Assembly: GCF_018977255.1 (NCBI RefSeq)
Contig: NW_024704743.1
Location: forward strand, 59,026,001 to 59,090,000
Direction: 5' to 3'
Source: Callorhinchus milii
Taxonomy: Eukaryota
DNA: 64,000 nt
Shown here: positions 13,560 to 28,042 of the stretch, in pieces
Numbering within the stretch: position 1 is the first letter of the stretch
Layout: the number at the start of each line of letters is the position of its first letter
Position numbers and translations under genes: made by a program
The notes under the pieces: generated by a model
Databases searched by the model: none
The model's input: the letters and a program-made list of their open reading frames with translations, nothing else
Told to the model about the DNA's origin: nothing

Positions 13560-14290
13560 AGTCAAATTGGATGCATTAAAATTACAATGGCAACTATAGC
13601 ATTAAGCATGAAAACTAAACATCTTTGGAAAGGACATAGCACAGATTCACATGGATGATACCAGGGATCAGGGTTTTACAGCAGAACCCAGTTAAGGTAA
13701 CCAATGATAACCACTAGGTGAATAGTGGACTCAGAGGCAATTTCCACATACCATTTGTTAAAAACAGGAGTAAATCACTGGTCTATAGGTTACCTTCACA
13801 CTGCCTGAGGTCAGTGGCTCGGACTTTGCTCCTTTTAAAAATAATACTGCTTATTGAGCACATGCAGTAACATTGCAGGTCACATGCTCATTGACGTCAC
13901 AACACAGAAGTATCTGGCTATAAGGCTGGCTGAAATGTTGTTGAACCCCCAACAACCATCTGTAAAACAATTGGGTCTGTTTTCACTGGAACACAGAGGG
14001 TTAATAAAGATCTTCAAAAGTCAGAAACCTTTTGATAGTAAAAGATTATTCCCTTTGCGTGGAAAATCAATAACCAGGGACATAAGATCAGGATCATTTT
14101 ATCTTGCAGAAGCTATTAGAACATGGAATGCTTTGCCACAAGCAGCTGGTGAGGCTCAGACCATAACATTAAAAGGGAACTGAATAATGATTTGAAGAGG
14201 AAGAACATAAAAGGGTACAGGAAAGGAGCAGGGAATTGTTATCGGAGTTGTTAGCTTCAGTGCATCAATAAGCACCAAGATTACACTCTG
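13560..14290 (+). mobile_element. Old CR1 3' fragment(s)
   Basis: ORF 13854-14183 contains LGLFSLE..GLIKIFK, RLFPLRG and RTWNALPQ, typical of the CR1 C-terminus. Confidence 0.65.
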
Positions 14291-15613
14291 TGTAATTTTC
14301 CATGACTCTTTAGAGTTACAATTTAACACAACAGTATTTCTCTTTTTCACCTGTGACTTAGTCTTTCCAACTCAACCCTTTTCTTGAATTAGCAGCACCT
14401 AAACCTCAGGCCCAGGAGTTAATGTGACATGGCCTAGCGACCAACAGTTGCACTCTGGTGACATGCTCTTCTGAGCACGAGACTCGAGGCTGGTAACAAT
14501 CAGTGAGTCCCGCCTGCTGAATGATCATACCTTTTCATGAGAACCATACTGGGAACCCGCCTTTTGACTACAACTGATCAGGATGTTTAAGGACCAAGAT
14601 TGAAACCTATTCATACACTTCAAAAGCATCTCGTAATAAAATATATCGATGGGCACAGAAACCAAAGCCTCCTAAATATTCTGGCACTCACCTTTCAAAA
14701 ATAAACAAGCTGGATTTTATTGCCTAGTAAGCCTCATTAACCCAAAAGGTCTCTGACATTATTTTTTAACAAGATCCAGAATCACTAAATAGGAGCACAG
14801 TTGTTTCAGGTTACAATTGTCCACAAATACTCCAGTCACTGGTTGATCCAGCATTTTCCATAACAAGAATTTATATAGTGGCTTTCATCATTGGGAGGAT
14901 GTCTCAAAGTGCTTCACAGGGCTATCTGGAAGCCTGAGACGGGAAGGGGGAAAGAGAGCTGAAGAAAATGTGTGTGTGGTGGGGGGAGGGGGAGGAAGAA
15001 GAACTGTGTGCATGATTCCTCTCCCCCCTCTATTGAAAACATGGTCCACCATCTACCATAGGACATGATTTCCCACAGAGGGACTTGGTACAGGAAGGTT
15101 GATTTATACTGGCCCACTCCCAAACCCTCTCACCACAGCATAGAACTCAGAGCTCTGTGCACATACAGTAAACCCAATGCACAATGTTTGACTAAGTTGT
15201 CCATAACTATGTCAGTTTTAAATATTATTGAAGAACCGGGGATGTGATTAGTTTTCTTAACATTAAAAGTGCCCTGTACAAAGAATGGGTTACGCACATG
15301 AAACTATTATTAACAATAATGCTTGAATCTGATATAGGACCTTCTGAAGTCATTGAGACATCTCATAATTCTTCACAGAAAGTAAAGTGGAATGACTGCA
15401 TTTTGTGGGCAAAATATTATTAAAGCATCAGATTTTAGCAGAAACTGAATCAATTTAAGTCATACCCACTGCAATCACACAGTTGCTGTATAAACTAATT
15501 TCCTGACCAAAATACTATGTGACTCCAAAAGAAAGCACTGGGCTGGTATGTTATTGTAGTAACATCCAAACAGTTGAAAGATACAATATTCTGCAATGAT
15601 CGGTATTTTCTCT

Positions 15614-16005
15614 ATAATAAATAATCTCTGCATTTGATATCATTGAGATGTCTCAAAGTGCTTCACAGGATATACTGTAAAGTGGATTGATTGTATTTTG
15701 TGGGCGGAGTGCATCAACTAGTTTGTGCACAGCAGTGTCCCACAAAGAGCCATGGAGTGAATGACCAATTTAATTTGGGGGATTGTCGGCCAGGACATAG
15801 GGAGAATCTCCCTTCTCTGTTTGAATAGTGGCGTGGGATCTGTACAGGCGGGCCGAGCCTCGATTTAGTGTCTCATCCGAAGGACTGCAGCTCTGACAAT
15901 GCAACACACCCAGAGCACTTCGACTGTGGGCTTCTAAGTCCCAATGTGGGACTTGAACCCATAACCTTCTGACTCAGAGGCGAGAGTGCTACTAACTGAG
16001 CCAGG
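15614..16005 (-). mobile_element. Type B Deu SINE, full length
   Basis: Reverse complement of the 6101-6535 architecture. Confidence 0.85.
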
Positions 16006-17604
16006 CAGATACACTCAAATGCAAGGTTTGTATTTTCTACGACTCTATCAAATTCTCACTCACCAGGCGAGTCAAACAGCTACAGAATCTGGTCAGCAGT
16101 AAGATAAGTGTCAGGTCACTCACATCCAGATCAGTAGTTAGTCTCCAATTTGGCAATTAGAACACAAATGAAAATAGTGCAGATGGATCCCAAAACCATA
16201 GTTCATCTCAGTCACCAGAACACCCAATTCTGAACAGTGGGTTCTATTGCCTATCAATTGCTAACACTTGTAATCTTTTTTGCTATCTACTTATAATCAT
16301 GTCAGCAAAATGATCACCCACATTAGTTTTCTGTGCGTGATAAACTCCAGCATCACATTGCAAATTAGAGTTCAAGATTTGTTTTAAATATCAATCAAAA
16401 AGAATTTAAGAACAAACAATGAGGGGGAAGAGGGAGAAAGAAGTGTGACAAAAGTAGCAGTAATTTTCCAAACTGTAATAATGATGGTTCTGACACTGAG
16501 CAGCAAAAAAAAATTGGAGAGGGAACATCACATGTATGTTTGTCTCATCGTCTTGATACCATTACGTTCCCTGGATTTCAGCCAGAATATTGCTCACCAC
16601 AGCCTCCCTCAGGATGTCAATTTGTAGATTTTCTGCCATACATCAATTTCAAAATGCTAGATTCCATGCAAGTGCCAGCAAGGTTTTCTTTCGGGTTTTA
16701 TTTCTTTCTGAGGTCTGATATGGGGTGCAATGATCAAGAGGTTTTTCCAATGTAATTATAAATGTTGAGAGCACAATATCCTGCTGTGATGCTCAAAGGT
16801 TAATTATGTTCTCCCTGCTCAGTGTTCCCCATCATATCTGTCAAGTCTTTTCTGATATTCATCCTATGTGAAACGTGCAAGTTGTTGGTAAAATAAAAAG
16901 CCCAGATCGATCTCACACTTGCCCTGAGGTGCTGAATTCAGCAGCAGTTTGATAGAACCATTGCAAAGTAAAAGAATCCCAGAAACAGTTGGTTTTCTCC
17001 ATATTTCAGGAAACAGCAAAAGCAAGAATCAGTTTCCTCAGTTTGGTTTCATCAGTAGCACGCTCGCCTCAGAGTCAGAAGATTGTGGGTTAAAGCCCCA
17101 AGTACTGACCTGACCTCAAAGCCCAGTCTGGTTCTAGTCTAGCACTGCGGATCCACTACATCGTTGTCAATGAGAGTTGGAGAACAGGTGAATATTCTGC
17201 CAATTGTTTGATTTCAGTTCAGGGAGCATCTGAACAAAAAGGTGAATCAAGTCCATTTTATGTACTATCTGAAGGAACAGACTAGTTGAGTCAATCACAT
17301 AGTCACATTTCATGCTTTATATATTCTAACTGAATGGTTTATTTCTCTCCATTTCCAAAGTGTCAAGAGAGGCAGAAACAGTTTTCCTTTGAAATATTCC
17401 ATCTCAGGCAAGTATTCAAGTGTTTTGAATCTCAATTCACTGTCCCTGACATGCACTGGGATATTTTTACCCCTCCCCCACCAAAAAAAATTTGAAGCTA
17501 AAATTGTGAAAGGAAGCAAAACAAAGATAAACATCCCTCAGAAGTTGCTTGTGACCTTTCATATCCTCACTGCCACAAATGAAGCAGGTTTTGAAAGGCA
17601 CGAG

Positions 17605-17921
17605 TAATAATAATCCTTGCATTTGATATAGCGCTTTTCACGTCGGGAGGACGTCCCAAAGCGCTTCACAGAACACACTGTAAAGTGAATTGACTGTATA
17701 TTTGTGGGCGAACGCGGCAGCCAATTGCGCACAGCAATGTCCCACAAACAGTCGTAGATTGAAAATGACCAATTGTTATTATTGTTTTGGGTTTTGGAGG
17801 GATTATTATTAGGCTCTGTGTGGAGTAAGGAAACTTGCCCAAGGTTTCGCCCTCTGCCTGGAATTGAACTCAGGTCTCTCACTTGCAAAGCGAGTACTCT
17901 AACCACTGAGCTACAGGACTC
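17605..17921 (-). mobile_element. tRNA-derived Deu-type SINE, short form (type A), full length and young
   Basis: Head with A box tagctcagtgg and B box gttcaattcc. Partial Deu core ctgtttgtgggacattgctgtgcgcaattggctgccgcg. L2-like tail gcgctatatcaaatgcaagg(att)n. Nearly identical to 41496-41797. Confidence 0.9.
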
Positions 17922-20254
17922 AGTGGGAGAGTAGTGGCTTTCCACCACAGTTGCTGTACTGGCAGGAGCTCTTGCCAAGGGCTGATCAGAGCAACCTTCG
18001 AGTTATTTAATTCCATTTACATTATACTCAGTTCATATTCAATACACTTCAGATTCCTGCAGTTGACAGAAAAAGTCAAGGGATGTCTAAATCTTAGTTT
18101 AATTAATTTCATTGTTATTTGTAGGTCATTTTCCTACTTAACAATATTTTATTTTAAATACAAGTTTAGTGTAATTGATTTTTTCATTCAGGTCTTTAAC
18201 TTAGGTCTCGTCTGCCTTGGAATTCAAGTGAGTGCAAAGCGACCCCCAATGCCACCTCAAAAAAGAAACGGGGGTTTTCCCTCTTGGGTATCGTGGCTTT
18301 TATTCCCTCTTCATTCAATTCACCCCAAAAATAAATGAATTGGCTATTCAGTTCATTGCTTTCTGCTAGCTGCTGTGTGTGCGCGCATCCATAATAGCAT
18401 TCACTTAATTTCCAATTAATCTTTGCTGGCTTTTCAGTATTCACGATTACAGTCAGTGTAATTGAACTGTGCCAGTATGATGAAAATTTACACTGAGGTA
18501 ATACACACCATGGTCATAAAGCAATGGAAAACTGGGTTTAAAAAGCAGGAAGGATTGCACTGAGATTTTAGGATCCTCGGATTCATTTAGGTCAGAGGCC
18601 AAGGCTATTTTTAAAACTCATCCAAATTAAAATGGTGCCAAAGTGTTGCTTTTACATCATTCTAAATGGCTGTGTAAGCCAATGGCCACCGCTGCTCCTT
18701 GTACAAACAACAAGGTCTGCGGGTTGTTCACTCTTCATAAAAGACCAAATTGGCAGCCCACCAAGCCTCGCGTTAATACAGATTTAATTACTTTACACAG
18801 ACAGCGGTTAATATGTGAAATAGACGACCCAGGAAGACGATATCAGCCGATTGTGTCAACACATTCAAGAGGGAATTATGCTGCTTTTTTAAAAAAATTT
18901 AGCATTTGCGTCCAACAAAAACTTTTTTTTCCCCAATAGAATGAATGCCTTAAAGTGCTTAACAAATATGAAAGCAAGCATCAGCCAGGGAGAGTGAATG
19001 ATACAGATCAAAAGGAAGATTGAACAGATATATTTTTAGAACGTTTCTTAAAGCAGGGAATAAAGAGGTGTGCTGAAAAGGTTGTTAAATGTTTCCAAAG
19101 GACAGGGTGCAGTGGCTGAAGGTTCAGTCACCAATCATAGAATGAAGAGAATGGAGTCAGAGGAACAGTGGTGATGGAAAGGGAAATACAATATGAGTAA
19201 AGGAAATTGCAAGATGGCCTCTGGCAATAACACACAATGAAAATGTTAAGGTTTCTCGATGCCGAATTTGAGAGACCCCTGTTTGGAGTTGGAACTCCAG
19301 TAATGAAAAGGTTGGCACAACAGCAATCAAAAGAAAATATTCTGCGCAAGTGCAAACACCTGACATTATTGTCCCCAAGCAGCTCAATGATGTAAAATGT
19401 CCTCAGGCATGCACAAAAACATTCAATATTTATTTCTGCAATCTCCACTACCAAACTAACAGTGCTGTAATCAGGAAAAAGGCCAGGAGCCAAATTGTCT
19501 GATGGTCAGGTAACGTCTCAAATACAATAATTATCACCTTGTGTCATCAACCAGAGTTAATTCAGTAGTAGTGATAAGAAATGCATTTCCTGACAGTCCT
19601 CGTAAGAAAACCTCCCACATCATTGTGCCACTTACATAAAGACTTCAAACTTATAAGTGCGCATACACAAAAAGTAATTTTGCCGTAAGAACCCTCCAGA
19701 AGTGCATAAAACTAGTGGGGCTCGAAAAACAACAGCTCTTCCAGTTTTGCGCCACAATTTCAGCCTCTGGAATCACAATGTAAAAGTGGCAGTAGCTAAC
19801 TTCAGCAAATAAATCAACCAAGTGTAAATGGTGATCATTGTGTAGATTTTTTTATAATCTTGAGTTTTACTTTTGAGAGCGCCCAAATGAACTGCAAATG
19901 GTCGTTTCTGTTCCTGCACATTCCTATGCACATCACAAGTGTAAGATGATGGGATGGGCCAATAGCAAAGTGCAGAAATATTTGCCAAAAATTATGGGGA
20001 GATTTGCGGAAAATTGCGGGTGGTTTGGCACATTTTGCAGAAATTGGCAGGGAGTTGATTGGTACTATTGAGGTATATTTTACTGCCAATCTACATTTTT
20101 TCACTTTATTGATAAAAACTAAACCTGAGGAAATAACACACATTAGACTGTTGCAAAAAAAATATTATTTATTTCTTTAACAAAAACTGGAGTGGCCTTT
20201 TGGTGGGGGGGGGAGGGACACCAGCGAGTCTACAGGTGCTCTCAGGGCCCAGCA

Positions 20255-20530
20255 CTGCACACAGACCCAGACAGACCCACAGAGAGAGAAAGACACACTC
20301 ACAGTCACGGAGAGAGATATACACTCAGACACAGAGACATCCATTCTCAGCAAAAGACACACACTCACAGAGAGACCCCACAAACACGTAGAGACGCACA
20401 CACAGACTCACCCACAAACACACAGAGGTGAGAGAGACACAGACACACAACACACAATAAATACATACAGAGACATACACAGACAATCACACTCACACAA
20501 ACACACACACAGAGACACACACAAATCACA
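20255..20530. repeat. Degenerate (CA)/(GA)-rich simple repeat
   Basis: Interrupted acac/agag units over ~280 bp. Confidence 0.9.
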
Positions 20531-20665
20531 ACAGCAGGGCCTCTGAGTGAAGCCCATTTGCAGCTTGTGCTACACCATGCAAGCGCATCCGGAGCCCCAC
20601 CACCCAGTGACGTCAGGTAAACAGCCGGGAGGCTCGCGGGCCAGAAACTACACTTAATTTTAAAA

Positions 20666-20915
20666 AATCCTTGCATTTGATATAATGCTTTTCACGTCTT
20701 CAACATCTCAAAGCGCTTCACAGAATAGACTGTAAAGTGAATTGACTGTATATTTGTGGGCTAAACCCGGCAGCCAATTGCGCACAGCAGTGTCCCACAA
20801 ACAGTTGTGGATTGAAGTGACCAATTTATTATTGTTTTTTTTCTTGAGGGAGTATTGTCAGGCTTGTGGAGTAAAGAAACTTGCCAAAGAAACTGCTGGG
20901 AATCAACCTGTACTC
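20666..20915 (-). mobile_element. Type A SINE, head-degraded
   Basis: Reverse complement of tail, Deu core and gtggagtaaagaaacttgcc. Confidence 0.85.
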
Positions 20916-23900
20916 TTCTTAATCTGGTCCAATGTACTCCTCTGGTGAAGGCGAGTGCTCCCTTTAGATTTGGGGCAAGATCGACTTCCACAACCGAGGA
21001 CTGCTGCCCACTTTGCAGTTTACACTGGACATTTACAATAGTTGTGAAATTGTGGTCTTTGACTTGTAGCTTTGGTTATTTTTAAAGTTCTGCAAGTCCG
21101 ATCGAAGTTTACTGTTCGGAATCCTGTTGTGTATTTTTGGTTTGTTTATTATTCTGTTCTGCTCTTCCAAAAAATAAATAAAATAAACAGTTGAAAGATG
21201 AGGGTAGTGATGTGTGTTGACTTCTGCAGCTGCTGGAAAGTCAGGAACAGAAGCTGGGTATCAACAAGGCACAATGACCTGGTTTTGCTTTTTGTTGCCA
21301 CCCATTGTTTGCAGTAAATTTGTTCTGACTGGATGATTAGATTGTTTTTGTTCCTTCAATTTTATAAACACTGAATGTGTCTGAAGTGGTCATTCCATTC
21401 AATGAACTCCAGAGCTTTTGGGGACAGCCCACCTCAGTTGCCACCCTGTTTGGGTTTCCAATTAGGCCTTTGAAGCCCTTTGAGACGTTAGCCTTTGTGC
21501 AAGGCATAAGTTACTGTTTTCGGGACTGTGCAGACAAGGGGCGATGAGGTTGATCACAACCCCAACAGCCTGGAGGAGCCCCACCCTGAATGGGAAAATC
21601 TGGGCTCTCTTGTACAAGAGAAGCCTATGTGGTGATCCTAGGAAGGAGTACAAAGTATTTAATGGTGTTCCCTTGCTCTGGATTGGTAGGACATTTAAGG
21701 GAGCTGACCTCCCATACTATGGGTGCCCGCTAATTTTGATTTAATAAAAAGTTATTTATTTGTTTACTGGCAAATGCTGGTGTTGACTGCTTCTTCCTTG
21801 GCATCTTTGCCCGTTTGGGTTGAGGCATATTGTGCAGCCACACTCTGCTATTGTCTCAAGAGTACAGTAAATCAGAGCAATTATATCGCACTCCAAGACC
21901 CACTCTGATCATTTCTAGCCATCCTTTTGTTCCAGGATTATAATAGGAAACTCGCATTTGTAAACCATTGGTACGTGCCACCACATCTATCACTTTGGAA
22001 GACTCGGCAGAATGAGGCGAAACCGCACAAATTCCAGGATCAAATGGCAACGGCTCAGGTGACAGACAGTCCTCAAGTACACAACTCTGCAAGTACAGAG
22101 TATAGGCACAAGAAGAGCATCCGGATCACTGGGGATAAAAGTCAGTGAGGTCAGTAAAAGACACCAACAACCCCTTACCTTTACACCCCTAACTAAGGTG
22201 TTTGCAGATCTGACACAGTCTTTCTTTGTAAAGACCTCTTCTGACATGAAAGCACTATATAAATGCATGCTGTAATGCAAGATACAAAATAGTGATTAAC
22301 AGTCACAAGCAACTAAATCACAGCTTCTCACTAGATATGCTGACCACATGTCCACACCATTGATAATAGACTTCATCTTGATCCAGAGGGCACTTTTCTG
22401 GGTTGCAAGCTGTATGAATAGCACAGCCAAAGGTCTGTGTGTCTAAACTGCTCAATGGGAGATTGATATAAACCTTTAATGCAGTAACCAACATCAGTGA
22501 CTTTCAGGTTCACAAGAAGAAAGATAGATAATGAGCTGATGAGTAGGTTGAAGGAAATGGATAGTGAAGGTGCAAGAGGACATGTTCAACAAAGGCAAGC
22601 AAAGGGGACTAGTGCTGAGACCTGACAAAACAACAGATAAGACAGATATTAGATTTTAAATATAGGTTTCTAGTAATCTATCCCTTTATAGCTATGGTAA
22701 AGCAGTACAAATTAAGAAAGGGAAAGTAAAATGAAGTGAAAAATGATTTACTGCGCAGTAACACATCTTCTGCAATAGTCACATTCAGGCTTCTATTCTC
22801 AGTCCAAGAATCTGCAATGAAAATTCATGCAGCTGCTTTTGTTTTTCAGAAAATCTACTATCTCAGTATTAAAACAATAACAGAACATTGGATAAGATTC
22901 AAGTGGATTTCAGAAGTTAATTATTTTATGTACTTGCACTCTTTCAGACATTGTTTGCACTCAGGCACACGTTATATGTGGAAATAGCATTGCCCCTCTG
23001 TACAACTTTAGAGGTATTTGGATTCCGAACTCACTAACTAATAATGGCAGCTGGTATATCTCAAGTGGAAATTCTCATGTAGATTGTCTGTGTAAAGGGG
23101 AAGGGACAAAGAAAAAAAATTGTAAGTGTCCCCTGCACCACTCAAGTACACCCCAACTTGGCATCAAACTCCCACCACTGCTAAGCGCTCAGAGACACTT
23201 ACACCCCCCACCGTGCAGGGCACCATATAAATACATGTTGTTGCTGTACAACAATTAATGAAAATGTCCAGTTTTCAGCATCCACCAAAGAGACAATCAT
23301 CCAGGTTAAAGAGATTACCGTCAGTGTGCATATTGTTCTCTGCTCATTGTTACATTTACTGATCTCGCTGGCGTGCGCCTTTTGTCAACAAACAGAGAAA
23401 CGCTCCCTAAAATTGTTAAAATAATCAAGCTCTCAGAATTTCAAATTGATCTATGATCTATTTAATAAGAATCATATAGAAATATTTCATTTAAAAGAAA
23501 TCTCAGTGTGCTGTATTTGCATTTTTATGTAGCAAACATCAGAGTGCTGAGAGGGGAAGTGCAATAAGTTAGAAACTATACCTGCTCCAGTTTTTGTTTA
23601 TCTGGAAAATAAAATAATTTTCTTTAAAACCGTCTCTGGACATAACCAGAATCCTATTTAAAGTCTGGAGGGAGCTGTGGAATCACTGTGGTCTTCCACT
23701 AACTGCTTCTGACTCCGATTCAATCAATCAATCAAATAACAGCAGAGAAGTTAAGAGTACCAGATAATGTAATACGAGCATTCGGGCACTGGATCCTCCA
23801 GGCTTGTTGAACTGGAGGCTGTTCACCACTGCAAATAATCCTGCTTATTCACATAAGAACTTAGAACAAGACCAGGCCATTCAACCCATCCAGCTTTCCC

Positions 23901-24589
23901 AGTCATTTAGATCAATGTGCTGATCCCCAGAGTACTTTCATCCATCTCCTATGTTGGCATGGAGCCTGGTTCCCTCAAAAGGTCCTTCCCACAGCATTCA
24001 CAATCAACATAATCACAAAGATAAAACCATTTACAATGCAACGGTCCCCACCCAGAGGATGTTTAACAGCTAAATTTAGTAGCTCAGTAATCACCAAAAG
24101 TATTTTAAGCTGAAGGAAGCACAAGAAAAAGAAAACCATATGTTCAATTTACAACTTCCTTTGCAAAAGTGTTCTCTTATTGGTTTCATTTGTACTCCTT
24201 TACATTAAACTATAACAGTATGGCACGTATTTGGTGAGAAAATTACCGGGCTGAATCTCCAAACAAGGAAGCGTTCAGTTTGTCATATTAACTGATGTTA
24301 AAAAGCAGAATTTTTTTTTTTAAAAAAGCTATGAAATTCAAAGTCCCAAATGTCACCAATCGCAAACTGCAGTTTGTATGTAAAAACACAAGCAGACTTC
24401 AACATGAAGTGCAGTTAAGCAGTTTACATATATGCAACCTAGTCAATCATAGTCTGCATCAGGAATATACAATTAATGATGTTTGTGAGGGAGGAAGCCA
24501 ATACTCATCGGCTCCCATCAACATCTTCTATCCTGCGGCTCTGACCCCCTCACCCTCCCCAGCCTATCCCTCAGACTTACCAAACCAGA

Positions 24590-24985
24590 GCTCAACCTAG
24601 ATGTCAGATTCGACCCACAGCTGTCCTTCCTATCCCACATCCAGTCCCTGGCCAGGACCGCCTTTCTCCACCACACTGCCCACCTCTGACCGTACCTTAC
24701 CCCATAGGCAGCCAAAGCACTCATCCATGCGTTAGTCACCTCCCGACTCGACTTCTTATTAAATGCCCTCTTTGACAGTCTCTCCAGCTCCACCATGCAC
24801 AGGATCCAGAAGTACGCCGTATACTCACCCGTACTAAACTCCGTATCCCCGTCACACCAGTTCTTGCCAGGCTCCACTGGTTTCTTATCACTGAACGGAT
24901 CGATTTCAAGATCCACGCACTAGTTTTCAAATCGCTTCATGCCCTGGCACTTCCCTATCTCTCCGACCTGCTTATCCCCCAACCC
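24590..24985 (+). mobile_element. L2-clade LINE ORF2 C-terminal fragment (frameshifted)
   Basis: Reads NL.VRFDPQLSFLSHI, LIHALVTSRLD, VTPVLARLHW, RIDFKI and PYLSDLL. Homologous to 27625-28042 in the opposite orientation. Confidence 0.85.
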
Positions 24986-26811
24986 ATGATATGTCCAGTT
25001 TGTAAACCGTTGTTGAAGCTTTCCATTTTATGCACCACTCGCCCTTTGCATCTGAGACAATTTAGCACCAACATTTAGATATTCATACGTCTCACCAGAA
25101 CAAAGATGAGATTACTAATTTAATTTAGCACCCTTTCAGTCCCATTTAAACTCAAGGCCAGACCACGAAAGGGTCACGTGGCAGCTCAATGTACCATCTG
25201 ATCTTATCTAAATGTCATAGGTACTGGAAAGCAAACTGCTCTAAATAAATACTTTCAGCCCTGATGAATCTAAATATTTCAAGTGACTGATTTTCCAACT
25301 AAATAAAACTTCAAACATAGCCATGGTGAAAGCCATATAAGACCACTGGAGAGCCTGCTCAAGACATTAAATCACAGTCTTATTTCACCTCAGACTTTCA
25401 TACAAGGGAGCTGCTAGGAACTATGCAAAAATAAGCTTCAGTTAACATGCACTTCAAATAAGCTAACCAGGGACACACCTGAAGAAAGTCACACAAGGCC
25501 CTTTTTTTTAATAATATACAGAAATTGTTATATATAACAAAATATATAGGAATTGTTCTTTATAACTGATAGCTTCTAGCCAAACATGCATATAATCAAT
25601 CAATTCCTAGGTCAAGACAGACATTTACTGCCAAAGAGAAATCCAATTCCAAGGGTGAAATCCACAGGTTGTCAATTTCACTCACAAATCACAGCAATCA
25701 TTGGTGAATTGGCAACATCAGCAATAAAATGACCCCAATCTATTTCTCTACCAGTGAATAACACATCCATCCAATGTATAAGAACGGTAATGACAGCTTC
25801 TTGTAACCAAGTCTGCAAGCGTAACAACAATTCCAAAGTAGTCAATGGCACCTCTTATCCTTTTCCCAAGATTGTTTTAAGACGGGCGGTGAGGTTGAGG
25901 GAGCAGCAGGGATCAATCGGATTGCTTTCTGCATTAGATGTTTCCAGGTATACAGTAACGTGGGTTTTCTTATAACACAATTGGGCTGTGGGCAATAGTA
26001 TTTTACCCCCAAAAAATCCAGAAATTGCACCATCAAAACCACTGGAACACTTTTAACCTTCTTGATACACTTCAAAACACATCAGCATAATGGAATTTCT
26101 GTGCGCATGTTCAGTGACCTCATTGGACCCCGGTAGCAGTGACCGGCACCTGGTCTTTTTGTAGTCTCATCAAAATTATAAAAATCTAAAAAAAAATTAA
26201 AAATCTGTGAAGATTTATTTTCGGTGGATTCCTAACAAATATTGATATTTACCAATTTACTTTAAAATCGATTCCCGCCAGCCTAACTGCAAAAATAAAA
26301 CCTTGCGTTTAACCAAAAAGCACAACAATTGGGTTGGAAAAATTAGCTAAACTGATCAAGACCATAGAAATTTATAGCAGAGAAGGTGACCAACTCACTC
26401 ATAATCTCCTGCCTGACCCTACGTAACCTGGGGTTCAGTTGCAATGCAAATGTATATTTTTGTTTCTACAGAAAGTGAAGCATAACATTAGATGGTATTG
26501 GTCCAGTGATAGAAGTTATTTAACAGCAGTAATCGTGTCAAATTTCAACTCTTGCTCTTGAATTGGCAGAAAGCAATGATAATGACAGAAACTCTGGCCT
26601 ATTGACTGAAAAAGCAACATTAACACTGACATGTCTTTCAGCCACTTTAGGGCTTCCCTAAACGCTTCACAGATGATGGCAGCCACAATTCAACACCACA
26701 CAATGGAAAACAAAGCACAACGGTTCCGGGTTGTGTAATGAGGGGTCACACATTGAGCAGAATGGAGGAAGGTTTTTTAGTTCTGTGATCTCACCAAGAA
26801 TGATGTGATCA

Positions 26812-27195
<384 letters not shown>

Positions 27196-27624
27196 TTAGC
27201 TTTCAACAATAATAATTCATACATAGCAACATATTTCATAGAATGCTTCTTACCCCTCAACATGCCTTTGATAATACAGCTCTCCCTCCCACTTCTCCTT
27301 CCCTAAATGCCAATCATGCCACTACACAAATGCAAATTTCTCCATTCTACAAGAGCAAAAACAAAGTTTACAGACTGAGATGAATCAAGATCATACGAGA
27401 ATTAGAATTCCTATGAATGAGATAGTGAAAAGTTTAAAGCTGCTAGACTATCGCACTTTCAAACAAAAAACTTTTATGTTGTCTGACATGATTGTAAGTG
27501 TGAATTTCTATTCTGCAGATAACCTTGTGCAAAAACAATGCACTGCATTATACACCAAAGGTGTATTGTTATCAGGAGTTTTGGGCTTGCAGTACAAACA
27601 GCCAAATCAACAGTGCCTCATGAT

Positions 27625-28042
27625 GGCAACAAGCGGGCAGGTTGGTAGGGAGTCAGCAGGTCAGAGAGGCAGGAGGAGGCAAGACCATGGATAGCCTTGA
27701 AAGTGAGGACGAGGATCTTGAATTCGATCCTCTGGGGGATGGGGAGCCAGTGGAGTCGGGAGAAGGTGGGAGTGATGGGGTCGAGGAGCCTGGTGCGCGA
27801 GAGTACACGAGCTGCAGAGTTTTGGATGATCTGCAGTTTGTGAAGGGAAGAGCTGGGAAGGCCGATGAGGAGGGAGTTCCCATAATCGAGCCTTGATGTG
27901 ACGAATGCGTGGGTGAGGGTTTCAGCAGCCTGAGGGGTGAGGCAGTGGCGGAGTCTGGCAATGTTGCGGTAGGCAGTGCCGATCATGGCATGGACGTGGG
28001 GGAGAAAGGATAGTTCAGAGTCAAACAAGACACCCAGATTCA
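27625..28042 (-). mobile_element. L2-clade LINE ORF2 C-terminal fragment, open for ~140 codons
   Basis: NLGVLFDSELSF...AETLTHAFVTSRLDYGNSLLIGLP...LQIIQNSAARVL...ITPTFSRLHWLPIPQRIEFKIL. Confidence 0.92.

Noticed and set aside
13892..13899. Second perfect CRE (TGACGTCA)
   Set aside because: Isolated site among old CR1 debris, with no supporting context.
20177..20676. VCVC/THTH-rich ORFs (also 35886-36145)
   Set aside because: Translations of dinucleotide repeats.
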